From an uncultured Chloroflexia bacterium (GTDB lineage: Bacteria; Chloroflexota; Limnocylindria; Limnocylindrales; CSP1-4), in NCBI GenBank assembly GCA_963746845.1, contig CAVVCZ010000004.1:800001-864000 (forward strand): a stretch of 64,000 nt of DNA, read 5' to 3'. Shown here piece by piece: positions 19,821-30,107 of the stretch. Position 1 is the stretch's first letter, and the number at the start of each line of letters is the position of its first letter. A model generated the notes under the pieces. The model worked only from the letters and a program-made list of their open reading frames with translations, made no database searches and had not been told where the DNA came from. The translations under genes were made by a program, and so were the position numbers.

Positions 19821-21380
19821 TCAGCGGTTCGCGAGCGCCTCCAGCAGGAGCTCGCCGATCCGGTAGCTCCGGCCGCCGCCCAGGACCAGCACGGCGTCGC
19901 CGGTCCGGACCTCACCCGCGAGCCAGCGCGCCGTGTCCTCCACGGATCCCGGCGCGCCGAGCGGGATCGACGCATTGCGGTGCCCGACCGCTTCCGCAAG
20001 CGACGCTGCCGACACCACGGTGGTGTCCGTGTCGCGTCCGAACCAGATGTCGGCGATCGCGACCGCGTCCGCGGTTGCCAGGACGTCCGCGAAGGCGTCG
20101 AGCATCGCGGCCGTCCGGTGGTACGTCAGCGGCTCGTAGACCGCCCACAGGCGGCGGCCCGGGGCCCGCTGGCGGACCGCGGCGAGCGTCTCGCGGATCG
20201 CGGTCGGGTGATGACCGTAGTCGTCGAAGACGACGACCCCCGCGGCCTCGCCGAGCCGTTCGAGGCGCCGCCCGATGCCGGGGAACGTCGACAGGGCCTT
20301 GCCGATCGTGTCGTGCCGCACGCCGGCCGCACTCGCCGCGGCGATAACGCCGAGTGCGTTCGCGGCGTTGTGACGGCCGGCCGTGGGGAGCCGGACCTCC
20401 CCGGGCTCGCCGACGCCGCCCATCCCCGACACGAGGATCGTGGTCCCGGCGGGGTCCTCTGCCACGATTCTGCCGACCGTCGTCCCCGCGGACCCGGCAG
20501 CTGTCGCGAACTCCTCCGAGATCGTCGTCAAGGCCCGCTCCCAGGACGCCGCGTCGTCGACGAGCGAGGTCGCCCGGATGAGACCGCCCCAGTCGCGCAG
20601 GCCTCCGGCCAGGGCTGCAGCGCCCGGATCCGCGACGTTGATCACGGCGATCGGCGGCTCACCGGACCGGGCGGCTGCTCGGAGCCAGCGATCGAGCGCC
20701 GCGACGACCGCCTCGCGATCGGCGAACACGTCGGGGTGATCCCAGTCGGCCGAGGTCACGATCGCGATCGCCGGGCGATACGCGTCGAAGTTGCCGGCGT
20801 ACTCGTCGGCCTCGACGACGAACGCCGCCCCGGAGCCGCGCCGCGCCGTGGCCGGGAGGCCACCGGTGAGCGAGGAAGGAAGCAGGGCCCCGACGAACGC
20901 CGATGGATCGGCCCCGGCCTCGACGAGCACATGCGTGAGCCAGCCGGCGCACGTGCTCTTCCCGTGCGTGCCCGCGACGCCGATCAGGGTCCGGTCGACG
21001 GCCGAATCCGCGATCACCTGCTGCCACGGCTCGATCGGGATGCCGGCGGCGCGTGCCGCGAGCAGCTCCGGGTGGTCCGGTGCGACGGCCGTGAGCGCCT
21101 TCGTCACCGCGAGCCGGTTCGGTTGTGGCGTCCGCGTGACGTGAGCGGGATCGTGCTCCCAGGCAAGGGGGATCCCGAGGTCCGTGATCGCGGTCGTGTA
21201 CGGCGAGGGGCCGCCCGGGTCGCAGCCGTCGACCGCCGCGCCGGCCCACGCCGCGTGGAGGACCGCCGCGCTCGCCCCGGCTCCCGCCGCTCCGACCACG
21301 TGGATCCGCTCCCCGTGGGCGATGCGGCGCGGCTCGCGAACGGGGTCCAGACCGGCCTCGGGATGCGCGGTCGTCGTCAC
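19821..21380 (-). CDS. murC: UDP-N-acetylmuramate--L-alanine ligase-like Mur ligase
   Basis: GTHGKST, VEADEY, DHPD, GRHNAANA, RRLE, DDYGHHPTAI. Confidence 0.8.
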   Translation of the reverse strand: MTTTAHPEAGLDPVREPRRIAHGERIHVVGAAGAGASAAVLHAAWAGAAVDGCDPGGPSPYTTAITDLGIPLAWEHDPAHVTRTPQPNRLAVTKALTAVAPDHPELLAARAAGIPIEPWQQVIADSAVDRTLIGVAGTHGKSTCAGWLTHVLVEAGADPSAFVGALLPSSLTGGLPATARRGSGAAFVVEADEYAGNFDAYRPAIAIVTSADWDHPDVFADREAVVAALDRWLRAAARSGEPPIAVINVADPGAAALAGGLRDWGGLIRATSLVDDAASWERALTTISEEFATAAGSAGTTVGRIVAEDPAGTTILVSGMGGVGEPGEVRLPTAGRHNAANALGVIAAASAAGVRHDTIGKALSTFPGIGRRLERLGEAAGVVVFDDYGHHPTAIRETLAAVRQRAPGRRLWAVYEPLTYHRTAAMLDAFADVLATADAVAIADIWFGRDTDTTVVSAASLAEAVGHRNASIPLGAPGSVEDTARWLAGEVRTGDAVLVLGGGRSYRIGELLLEALANR

Positions 21381-21426
21381 GACCGGATGATCGCCGACCG
21401 GGGAGCCCGGCCGCGCGGCGACGCCG

Positions 21427-21918
21427 TCACGCGTCCGGCAATCGCGCGAGGATCGCCTCGAGGACCGCGATGGCGCTGTCCCGGCGGTTGGCGGCCCGAT
21501 CGCCTGGCCAGACGACCCGCCGGACGTCCACGCCCCGGTCGTCGGCGACGCCGATGTAGGTCAGCCCCACGGGCTTCTCCGCCGAGCCGCCGTCCGGACC
21601 GGCGATCCCGGTCACGGACGCCGCGACGGAAGCCCCGAACCGCGCTCGCGCGCCATCGGCCATCGCCCGCGCGACCTGCGCGCTCACGGCGCCGTGTGCC
21701 ACCAGGACGGCGGCATCGACACCGAGGAGGTCGCGCTTTGCCTCGTCGGCGTACGACACCACTCCGCCGAGGAAGTACCCGCTCGAGCCCGGGACGGCGG
21801 TCAGCGCCGCAGCCACCATCCCTCCCGTGCACGACTCCGCCAGCGCGACGGTGGCGCCGGACCGGAGGCAGGCGGCCTGCAGCCGCTCGGCCAGCTGGAC
21901 GAGCGGGTCGTCCGTCAC
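21427..21918 (-). CDS. CinA C-terminal / PncC-like NMN deamidase
   Basis: AESCTGG, PGSS, GAVS, TGIAGPDGG...KPVG. Confidence 0.9.
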   Translation of the reverse strand: MTDDPLVQLAERLQAACLRSGATVALAESCTGGMVAAALTAVPGSSGYFLGGVVSYADEAKRDLLGVDAAVLVAHGAVSAQVARAMADGARARFGASVAASVTGIAGPDGGSAEKPVGLTYIGVADDRGVDVRRVVWPGDRAANRRDSAIAVLEAILARLPDA

Positions 21919-21919
21919 C

Positions 21920-23347
21920 CTACTGGTGCTGCGTGAGCACGGGCGCGGCGGGCGGCTTGAACAGCCACGTCTCGGGGATCCCGCGCTTGCCGAGGGCGCC
22001 GAGTGACTGCCCGTTCAGCGTGAACTGCGTCGCGCCGGACGACCCCGTCCGGACCTCGACGGAGTCCTTGCCGCTGAACGTCAGGACGGTGCCGGCCGCG
22101 TAGGTCCGGCCGGCCCGACCGACCGTCGGGTCGAGCTGCCCGTCGACCCAGACCTTGATCCAGGCCGGGCCGCCCTTGATCGCGACGACGAGGTTCACGC
22201 CCTTGTACGCGACCTGGACGTGGCGCGTCTGCGACGCGGATTTGCCGGCCTCGTTCGACGCCGTGACGGTGATCGACCAGCGGCCCGTCGTGAGCTGGAG
22301 CGGGCTGTCGGCGGTGTCCCAGGTGCCGTCGTCGGCAACCTTGATCGTGATCGGGGCCGGGGCGGGTGGGCCGGCGGGCGGGGCGCTCGACTTCGTGCCG
22401 GCCGCCGGCGCGCCGGCGACCGGACCGTCGTACGCGGCGGTGATCGTGACCTGGTTCGCGTTCTGGGCGGTTCCCTGGACCGGGATCGCGCCGTTCTCGA
22501 ACGTCGTGCCCTCGGCGGGCTGGTCGACGGTCAGCGACGGGGCCTGGATCTCCTGGAACGGGACCGTGATGACGATCTGGACCGGCGATTCCGCATGCTT
22601 GCCCGTGTCCGGGTCGATCGCATCGATCTTGAACTCGTTCTTCCCGCGCCGGACGTCCACGGGCATCGTCCACGCTCCGGTCGAATCGGCGGACGTCTGT
22701 CGGGTTCCGCCCGCGAGCTCGACGCTGACCGTGGCGCCGGGGATCGACGTGCCCTCGAGCGTGAACGTCGTCGCGTCCTGGGTCAGCACGACCGTGGCCT
22801 CGCGCGGGCTCGTGACGTCGAGGGTCGGCGGCTTCGCGAACCGCATCACCTGGACCCCGAGCCAGACGCCGATCGCGACGATCAGGATCGTCAGGAGCGC
22901 CGCGACGACGACGCCCGGCGAGAACTGGAGACCGGGCCGTGGCTGGGCGATCGGCTTGGGGACGGCGAGGACGTTCTTCGGGGCCGGAGCGGCCCCGCGC
23001 TCGCGGCGCCACTGGGCGATGACCTCCTCGGGGTCGAGCCCGAGATAGACCGCGTAGTTGCGCAGGAAGCCCTTCGTGTAGACGTCGCCCTGGAGCTCGC
23101 CGTACTCGCCCTGCTCGAGGGCCGCGAGGTAGCGCGCCCGGATCTTCGTGTCGCGCTCGGCGCGGTAGAGATCGACGCCCTTCCGCTCGCGCGCGGCATA
23201 CAGGCGTTCGGGAAGGCTGAGGGCGGCGGAGCCGGCGGCGGATCGCTCGGCGTCGCGGCGATCGGCGTCATCCCGTCCGGATCCGAGCCGAAGCCCGTCC
23301 GGACGGGTCGTGGCCGCCCCCCGTCGCACGTCGTCGCGTGTCGTCAT
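21920..23347 (-). CDS. rodZ: RodZ-like protein (HTH, TM, two Ig-like domains, DUF4115)
   Basis: KIRARYLAALE...YTKGFLRNYA..LGLD HTH; TM; C-terminal WIKVWVDG...RTG...LNG; position after ftsK. Confidence 0.8.
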   Translation of the reverse strand: MTTRDDVRRGAATTRPDGLRLGSGRDDADRRDAERSAAGSAALSLPERLYAARERKGVDLYRAERDTKIRARYLAALEQGEYGELQGDVYTKGFLRNYAVYLGLDPEEVIAQWRRERGAAPAPKNVLAVPKPIAQPRPGLQFSPGVVVAALLTILIVAIGVWLGVQVMRFAKPPTLDVTSPREATVVLTQDATTFTLEGTSIPGATVSVELAGGTRQTSADSTGAWTMPVDVRRGKNEFKIDAIDPDTGKHAESPVQIVITVPFQEIQAPSLTVDQPAEGTTFENGAIPVQGTAQNANQVTITAAYDGPVAGAPAAGTKSSAPPAGPPAPAPITIKVADDGTWDTADSPLQLTTGRWSITVTASNEAGKSASQTRHVQVAYKGVNLVVAIKGGPAWIKVWVDGQLDPTVGRAGRTYAAGTVLTFSGKDSVEVRTGSSGATQFTLNGQSLGALGKRGIPETWLFKPPAAPVLTQHQ

Positions 23348-23467
23348 TGAATCCCGTCCTCGGCGGCCGAACCCGCTCGCGCGCCGGCGGCTGACCTACC
23401 GGGGAAGGATACCCCGACCTCGCCGGATATCGACAGGACGGGGATGGGCCGATCGTCCTCCCCCGGT

Positions 23468-25885
23468 TCAGTCGTCCGCGTCGTCCCCGTCGTCGACCGA
23501 GCGAAGCCAGTTGTCCGGGCCATAGATCTGGCGCGGCGTGGCCGGGTTGCGCGGGTCCTGGGGGCCGACGATCCCGTACCGCTCGAGCTCGTCGATCACC
23601 CGGCTCGCCCGGGCGAAGCCGAGCTTCAGCTTCGTCTGGAGCATCGACGTGCTCGCCCGCTGCGAGGCCATCACGAGCTCTGCGGCCGGGATCGTCATCT
23701 CGTCGACGCCGTACTTGCGGAGCCAGCCGAACTGGCCACCGTCGGCGGCGCCGCCGTCCTCCGGATCGCCGAACGCGAGGATGTCCTCGTCGTAGAAGGT
23801 CCGGCCGCCCGTCTGGTCGAGCCAGTGCTTCGTGACCTCGCTCACCTCGCGGTCGCTGACGAAGACGCCCTGCATCCGGACCGGGCGGGGCAGGTCGACC
23901 GGCTGGTAGAGCATGTCGCCGCGCCCGATCAGGTCCTCGGCGCCGGGCGCGTCGAGGACCGTCCGCGAGTCGACCATGGAGGCCATCGCGAACGCGATCC
24001 GCGACGGGACGTTGGCCTTGATCAGGCCGGTCACCACGTTGACCGACGGGCGCTGCGTCGCGAGGACGAGATGAATCCCGACGGCACGCGCCTTCTGGGC
24101 GATCTTCACGATCGGGTCCTCGACCTTCCGGCCCTCGCGCATGATCAGGTCGGCCAGCTCGTCGATGATCAGGACGATGTACGGCATCCGGTCGGCGGCG
24201 GTCTCGTCCCCGGCGATCTCCGGCCGGCTGTTGTAGGCCGCGATGTTCCGGACGCTCTGGCCGGCGAGGAGCTTGTAGCGCTCCTCCATCTCGCGGACCG
24301 CCCAGTTGAGGACCGCCTTCGCCTCGTTCGGCTCGACGACGACGTGCTGGAGCAGGTGGGGCAGACCGTTGTACGGCGCGAGCTCGACCCGCTTGAGATC
24401 CACGAGGACCATCCGGACGTCGTCGGGCCGAGCATGCATCAGGATCGAGGTGATCAGGGCGTTGACGCAGACGCTCTTGCCCGAGCCGGTCGCGCCGGCG
24501 ACCAGGAGATGGGGCATCTTCGCGAGGTCGACCGCGATCGAGCTGCCCGAGACGTCGCGGCCGAGGGCGAAGGTCAGCGGGCTCGCCGCGCCGAGCATCT
24601 TCGTCTCCTCGACCAGCGGCCGGAAGCCGACGACCTCGCTCACGCTGTTGGGAATCTCGATCCCGACGACGTCCTTGCCCGGGATCGGCGCCTCGATCCG
24701 GATCGAGCGGGCCGAGAGGGCCATCGCCAGGTCGTCGGCGAGGGCCTCGATTCGGCTGACCTTGACGTGATGCTCGGGCTTCACCTCGTACTGGGTGACG
24801 ACCGGGCCGGAGTTGACCTTCACGACCTTGGCCGGGATCGCGAAGCTCAGCAGCTTCTCCTCGATCCGGCGCTTGTTCGATTCGTGGTCGATGACCGCCT
24901 CGACCCGACCGACCGGTCGGGGCTCCAGGAGCTCGACGGACGGCAGGATCCAGTCGATCGCCTGGAGCGACTCGAGAGCGGTCGGCGGCTCGTCCACCTC
25001 CGTGGACGGCCGGCTCGCCAGCGCCACCGCGCCGACCGTGCGAACGGGTCGAACGCCGGTTCCATCGCCATCGCCGAACACGACGGTCTGGCTGATCGGC
25101 TGGGGCGACGGCGTCTTGTGCTCATCGAGGATGCTCGCGGCCGTCGCCGTCGCGGCCGCGCCCGACACGAGACCGGACGGGGCGATCACGTTCGCCGGGT
25201 CCATCACGGGCACGCCCGCGTCCGGCCTGGCCGCACCCCGGCCGCCCGCCGCCTTCGCGGGTGTCACGTCGCCCGGCTCGCGCCGAAGCGAGGCGGCGGC
25301 CGTCGCTCCGAACCAGCGGGCCGTTCCGGTGACGGGGTGGAGCAGCTCGCGGAGCTGGAGGTTGAAGGCGAGCATCAGCCCGACGGCGAAGATCGCGACG
25401 CAGACGATGAAGGCGCCGGGCCCCGTGAGCAGCGGCTCCAGCGTCGTCGCGAGGAATCGCCCGATCCGCCCACCGCCACGCTCGGCCCCGAACAGGGTCA
25501 GGTCGAGGATCTCGAACGCGCCGAGGAACCCGACGAAGGCGAGCGCGATCCCGGCGAGCGTGGCACCCCAGCCGGATCCCGGCTTCGTGCCCGGGCCCCA
25601 TTCGAGGTACCAGCCCGCGCCGAGCAGGAGGAACGGCAGGAGCCACCGTCCGGTCTCGAACCACGGCGCGATCGAGTCGCGCCACCAGTCCGTGAGGGCG
25701 CCCTGTCCGGGCAGCGCCAGGGCGATCAAGGTCACCGCGCCGAGGACCAGCAGGCAGATCCCGACGATCGAGCGGGCCACGTCCGGCGCGACGGACGGGA
25801 ACGGGATCGCGGGCAGCGGCGTGCTGCCGCTCGACGCGCGCCGGCGGGTGGCCGGGCGCCGGGTCGTGCGCCGCTTCGTCGCCAC
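23468..25885 (-). CDS. ftsK: DNA translocase FtsK
   Basis: 4TM N-terminus, PHLLVAGATGSGKS, IIDELADL, ATQRPS, gamma domain. Confidence 0.95.
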   Translation of the reverse strand: MATKRRTTRRPATRRRASSGSTPLPAIPFPSVAPDVARSIVGICLLVLGAVTLIALALPGQGALTDWWRDSIAPWFETGRWLLPFLLLGAGWYLEWGPGTKPGSGWGATLAGIALAFVGFLGAFEILDLTLFGAERGGGRIGRFLATTLEPLLTGPGAFIVCVAIFAVGLMLAFNLQLRELLHPVTGTARWFGATAAASLRREPGDVTPAKAAGGRGAARPDAGVPVMDPANVIAPSGLVSGAAATATAASILDEHKTPSPQPISQTVVFGDGDGTGVRPVRTVGAVALASRPSTEVDEPPTALESLQAIDWILPSVELLEPRPVGRVEAVIDHESNKRRIEEKLLSFAIPAKVVKVNSGPVVTQYEVKPEHHVKVSRIEALADDLAMALSARSIRIEAPIPGKDVVGIEIPNSVSEVVGFRPLVEETKMLGAASPLTFALGRDVSGSSIAVDLAKMPHLLVAGATGSGKSVCVNALITSILMHARPDDVRMVLVDLKRVELAPYNGLPHLLQHVVVEPNEAKAVLNWAVREMEERYKLLAGQSVRNIAAYNSRPEIAGDETAADRMPYIVLIIDELADLIMREGRKVEDPIVKIAQKARAVGIHLVLATQRPSVNVVTGLIKANVPSRIAFAMASMVDSRTVLDAPGAEDLIGRGDMLYQPVDLPRPVRMQGVFVSDREVSEVTKHWLDQTGGRTFYDEDILAFGDPEDGGAADGGQFGWLRKYGVDEMTIPAAELVMASQRASTSMLQTKLKLGFARASRVIDELERYGIVGPQDPRNPATPRQIYGPDNWLRSVDDGDDADD

Positions 25886-25888
25886 CGC

Positions 25889-27556
25889 TCAGACCTCGAC
25901 CACGACCGGGAAGACCATCGGTCGCCGCTTCGTCTGCTCGTACAGGTAGCGCGACACGCCGTCCTTGATCTGGCTCTTCAGCAGCGCGATCTCGCTGATG
26001 TGGTCGCCCGGGTTCTGGATCGAGGTCAGGATCCGCTCGATCGCCTCGCCCATCATCGGGTCCTGCTCGTTCTGATGGACGAAGCCGCGTGTGATGATCT
26101 CGGGCCGGCCGACCACGTTCCCGGTCTGCTTGTCGACCGTGACGACGACCATGAACATCCCGTCGTTGGCGAGCGCCCGGCGGTCGCGCAGGACGATCTC
26201 GCCGACCTCGCCGACCGACAGCCCGTCGACGAACACGTAGCCCGCCGGGACCGGCTGGCCGCGACGGGCCACGCCGTCCTGATCGATCTCGATCGGCTGG
26301 CCGTTCTCGATGATGAAGACGTTCTCGGGTGCGACCCCCGTCTCGATCGCGAGGCGGCCGTGCTGGACCTGCATCCGGAACTCGCCATGGATCGGGATGA
26401 AGTAGCGGGGCTTCGTCAGGCCGAGCATCAGCTTCAGCTCTTCCTGGCTCGCGTGGCCCGAGACGTGGGCCCGCTTGATCGTGTGGTAGTAGACATTGGC
26501 GCCGGCCTTGAACAGGTTGTCGATCGTCCGCGCGACGTACTCCTCGTTGCCCGGGATCGGGCTCGCGCTGACGATCACCGTGTCGCCCGGCTGGATCTCG
26601 ACGAACCGATGGTCGCGGTTGGCCATCCGGGCCAGACCGGACATCGGCTCGCCCTGGGCGCCGGTCGTCGCGATGACGAGCTTGTCGTCCGGAACCTCGT
26701 TGATCTTGTCCTTGGCGACCATCCGGGACGGCTCGTAGGTCAGGTAGCCGAGGTCCGTGGCGATGCGGGTGTTCTGCTCCATCGATCGGCCGATGACCGC
26801 GACCTTGCGGTCGAACTGGGCCGCCGCGTCGATCACCTGCTGGATCCGGGCGATGTTGCTCGCGAAGGTCGCGACGATCACCCGGCCGTCGAGCGGCTCC
26901 ATGATCTCGCGGAAGGCCTCGCCGACGGTCCGCTCCGACGGGGTGTAGCCCGGGTTCTCCGCACGGGTCGAGTCGGACAGCAGGCAGATGACGCCCTCCG
27001 CGCCCATCTTCGCGAGGATCGCGAAGTCGGACAGCTTGCCGTCGACCGGGGTGTGATCGAACTTGAAGTCGCCCGTGTGGACGACGACGCCGACCGGTGT
27101 CCGGAGGGCGATCCCCATCGCGTCCGGGATCGAGTGGCCGATCCGGAAGGCCACGACCCCGAACGGCCCGATCTGGATCTCGTCGCCGGGCTCGAGCGCC
27201 AGGAGCGGGTTGTTGTGGAGCTTGTGCTCCTTGATCTTGTTGCCGAGCAGGCCGCGGGCGAGGGTCGAGGCGTAGATCGGGACGCCCGGGAACTCCGGGA
27301 GCACGTACGGCAACCCGCCGACATGGTCCTCGTGGGCGTGGGTGATGAGGAACGCCCGGACGTTCGCCTTCCGTTCCTTCAGGTAGGTGATATCGGGCAC
27401 GACGAGGTCGATCCCGAACATCTCCTCGTCGGGGAACATCAGCCCGCAGTCGATCACGACGATGTCGTCGCCGTACTCGAACACGTACATGTTCTTGCCG
27501 ATCTCACCGACGCCGCCGAGCGGGATGATCCGGAGGATCGGGTTGGGTGTGGGCAT
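25889..27556 (-). CDS. rnj: ribonuclease J
   Basis: GGVGEIGKN, THAHEDH, HTGDFK, HVSGH, RRPMVFP. Confidence 0.97.
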   Translation of the reverse strand: MPTPNPILRIIPLGGVGEIGKNMYVFEYGDDIVVIDCGLMFPDEEMFGIDLVVPDITYLKERKANVRAFLITHAHEDHVGGLPYVLPEFPGVPIYASTLARGLLGNKIKEHKLHNNPLLALEPGDEIQIGPFGVVAFRIGHSIPDAMGIALRTPVGVVVHTGDFKFDHTPVDGKLSDFAILAKMGAEGVICLLSDSTRAENPGYTPSERTVGEAFREIMEPLDGRVIVATFASNIARIQQVIDAAAQFDRKVAVIGRSMEQNTRIATDLGYLTYEPSRMVAKDKINEVPDDKLVIATTGAQGEPMSGLARMANRDHRFVEIQPGDTVIVSASPIPGNEEYVARTIDNLFKAGANVYYHTIKRAHVSGHASQEELKLMLGLTKPRYFIPIHGEFRMQVQHGRLAIETGVAPENVFIIENGQPIEIDQDGVARRGQPVPAGYVFVDGLSVGEVGEIVLRDRRALANDGMFMVVVTVDKQTGNVVGRPEIITRGFVHQNEQDPMMGEAIERILTSIQNPGDHISEIALLKSQIKDGVSRYLYEQTKRRPMVFPVVVEV

Positions 27557-27584
27557 CAGGGCTGGTCGTCTCGCTGCAGGTGGG

Positions 27585-28304
27585 TCAGAAGATCGTCAGG
27601 TCCGCGGCCGGGGCCGACGTGTCGGTCGTGCCATCGGCCATCGCCGCGACGAGCGCCGGTGCCTCGTCGTCCGGTGGCGCGGAGGCCCCCGCCGTCGTCG
27701 AGCCGGTCGCGCGGCGAGCCCGGGCATCAAGGAGGGCACGCGGCGCGCCGCCGATGTCCGCGTAGCTCTCGCGCTCGATCGCCGGGGTCCGGAGGGCCGC
27801 GGCCGGGTGGTACATCGCGAGGACCGTGGCGTCGCGGGCGCCGGTCGCCGGATCCACGGGCGCGGTGGTCCCGTGGACCCCCGAGATCCGGGCGCCCGGC
27901 AGGAACCGGCCCATCGAGTGGCGACCGAGGGTCACGACCAGCGCCGGGTCCAGGACCTCGAGCTGACGCTGGAGATACCCGGCGCAGGCCGCGATCTCGT
28001 CCGGCTCCGGATCGCGGTTGTCCGGGGGCCGGCACTTCACGACGTTGGTGATGAAGACGTCCCCGCGCCGCCACTCGATCGAGCCGAGCAGCTTGACGAG
28101 CAGGTCGCCCGCGCGCCCGACGAACGGGCGGCCCTGGCGGTCCTCGTTGTAGCCGGGGCCCTCCCCGACGAACACGACCTCCGTGTCGGCGCTCCCCTCC
28201 CCCGGCACCGCGAGCGTCCGCGTCGCCGCCAGGCGGCAGCTCGTGCAGGCGCGCACCTCGGCGGCGATCGCGTCGAGGGCCGTCTGGCGGTCCTCCGAGG
28301 TCAC
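27585..28304 (-). CDS. uracil-DNA glycosylase family 4
   Basis: GTG overlaps asd stop; CTSC, GEGPG, PFVG, VKCRPP, YHPAA. Confidence 0.92.
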   Translation of the reverse strand: MTSEDRQTALDAIAAEVRACTSCRLAATRTLAVPGEGSADTEVVFVGEGPGYNEDRQGRPFVGRAGDLLVKLLGSIEWRRGDVFITNVVKCRPPDNRDPEPDEIAACAGYLQRQLEVLDPALVVTLGRHSMGRFLPGARISGVHGTTAPVDPATGARDATVLAMYHPAAALRTPAIERESYADIGGAPRALLDARARRATGSTTAGASAPPDDEAPALVAAMADGTTDTSAPAADLTIF

Positions 28305-29401
28305 GCTCCGGCCCCGATTGCCGCTCCTTCCGCCGCGTAGGGGGCGGCGCCGCGCGATGCGGCCGGTCGAACCCATCCCCGCGCGACGAGCGCCTCGGCG
28401 ATCTGGACGGCGTTGGTCGCGGCGCCCTTGCGGAGGTTGTCGGACACGACCCAGAAGGCCAGGCCGCGATCGTCGGGGATCGAGGGATCCTGGCGGACGC
28501 GCCCGACGTAGATCTCGTCCGTCCCCGCGGCCGTCGTGGCCAGCGGGTAGGTCGAGGTGGACGGATCGTCCTGGACGATGACCCCCGGAACCGCCCCGAA
28601 CAGGTTCCGGGCGCGATCGGGGGTGATCGGCCGGCGGGTCTCGACGTGGACCGCCTCGGAGTGGGCGACGAAGACCGGGATGCGGACGGCCGTGCACGAC
28701 ACGCGGAGGTCCGGCAGGTGGAGGATCTTCCGGCTCTCGGTGACGACCTTCCACTCCTCCTTCGTGTAGCCATTCGGCAGGAAGACGTCGATCTGCGGCA
28801 GCGCGTTGAACGCGATCTGGTGCGGATAGACCGAGACGTCCTTTGGCTCTCCCGCGACGTGCGCCCGGACCTGGCCCTCGAGCTCCCGGATCGCGCCGCC
28901 GCCCGTGCCCGAGACCGCCTGGTAGGTGTCGACGATCACTCGCTCCAGCCCGGCCGCGTCGCGCAGCGCCATCAGGACCGGGACGAGCTGCATCGTGGAG
29001 CAATTCGGGTTCGCGATGATGCCGGGATGACCCTCGAGGTCGTCGGGGTTGACCTGGCTGACGACGAGCGGGATCGAGGGGTCCATCCGCCACGCGGAGC
29101 TGTTGTCGATGACGGTCGCTCCGCGCGCGGCGGCCAGCGGGGCGAGCACCCGCGACGCGTCGGCACCCGCCGAGAAGAGCGCGATGTCCACGCCTTCGAA
29201 CGCCTCGTCGCTGGCGAGCTGGACCTCGTGCGTCGCGCCCTCGATCGAGACGGTTCGGCCGGCGGATCGCTCCGAGGCGAGCAGGCGCAGCTCGCCGACG
29301 GGAAACTCCCGTTCGAGGAGGACCTGGATCATCGTCCGCCCGACGACGCCGGTGGCGCCGACGACCGCGACGGTGAGGCTCTGGCGTGTCATGTCGTGCA
29401 T
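28301..29401 (-). CDS. asd: aspartate-semialdehyde dehydrogenase
   Basis: GATGVVG, NPNCST, SDNLRKGAATN; start may be 29392. Confidence 0.96.
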   Translation of the reverse strand: MHDMTRQSLTVAVVGATGVVGRTMIQVLLEREFPVGELRLLASERSAGRTVSIEGATHEVQLASDEAFEGVDIALFSAGADASRVLAPLAAARGATVIDNSSAWRMDPSIPLVVSQVNPDDLEGHPGIIANPNCSTMQLVPVLMALRDAAGLERVIVDTYQAVSGTGGGAIRELEGQVRAHVAGEPKDVSVYPHQIAFNALPQIDVFLPNGYTKEEWKVVTESRKILHLPDLRVSCTAVRIPVFVAHSEAVHVETRRPITPDRARNLFGAVPGVIVQDDPSTSTYPLATTAAGTDEIYVGRVRQDPSIPDDRGLAFWVVSDNLRKGAATNAVQIAEALVARGWVRPAASRGAAPYAAEGAAIGAGA

Positions 29402-29439
29402 GGCTCCGCTGTCACGGTCGCTGGCAGGGCACGGGCCGG

Positions 29440-29448
29440 AGTATAGCA
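29440..29448 (-). promoter_or_regulatory. extended -10 promoter (TGcTATACT) of asd operon
   Basis: Same element precedes rplS; near-identical ones precede rpsB and rpsO. Confidence 0.6.
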
Positions 29449-29561
29449 GCGGGGTCCGTCGCTCCCGGCCACACGCAGATGCCCGGCCTGCAAGAATCCA
29501 GGCGTCGTCCGCGTCCTGATCAACGAAGCGTCCACGTGGACGGCGTTCGAAAGGAGCGACG

Positions 29562-30107
29562 GTGGCGTTCCGGGTCCAGATCGAGGACTTCGCCGGGCTG
29601 TACGAGCGGACCTACCAGTCCGTCTATCGCGTGGTGCTCGGGATCTGCGGCGACGCGGCGCTGGCCGCCGACGCCACCCAGGACGCCTACCTGTCGGCCT
29701 ATCGGAACCGTGCCACGTTCCGCGGCGATGTCCCGGTCGAGGCGTGGCTGCACCGGATCGCGGTCAACGCCGCGCTCGCCGGTCTCCGCCGGCGCAAGGT
29801 CCGCTGGGCCGAGCCGCTCGATGTCGAGGTCCACGATCGCGCGACGGCGCCGCTCGACGAGGGCCCCGATGGCGACCTCCAGCGGGCGCTGCTGCGGCTC
29901 GGGCCGCAGGCACGGGCGGCAGTCGTCCTGCGCTACTACGTCGACCTCGACTACGCGGCGATCGCGGCGGTCCTCGGCACGACGACCGGCACGGTCGGGT
30001 CGCTCCTGAGTCGATCCCTGGACAAGCTCCGCCAGGAGCTGTCGGTCGAGCTGCCACCGCCCGCACTGGTCGCGGCGTCGACCGAGGAGGCCGGCCATGG
30101 CCGTTGA
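29562..30107 (+). CDS. ECF sigma-70 factor
   Basis: DATQDAY, WLHRIAVN, RAAVVLRYY, GTVGSLLSR; AAGGAG SD. Confidence 0.88.
   Translation: MAFRVQIEDFAGLYERTYQSVYRVVLGICGDAALAADATQDAYLSAYRNRATFRGDVPVEAWLHRIAVNAALAGLRRRKVRWAEPLDVEVHDRATAPLDEGPDGDLQRALLRLGPQARAAVVLRYYVDLDYAAIAAVLGTTTGTVGSLLSRSLDKLRQELSVELPPPALVAASTEEAGHGR

Noticed and set aside
23444-28051. 1535-aa plus-strand ORF and similar long ORFs (59556-63737, 31449-34373, 19563-22103, 5118-7538)
   Set aside because: Antisense or alternate-frame shadows of clear genes. High GC suppresses stops, and the products are R/G/P-rich with no motifs.
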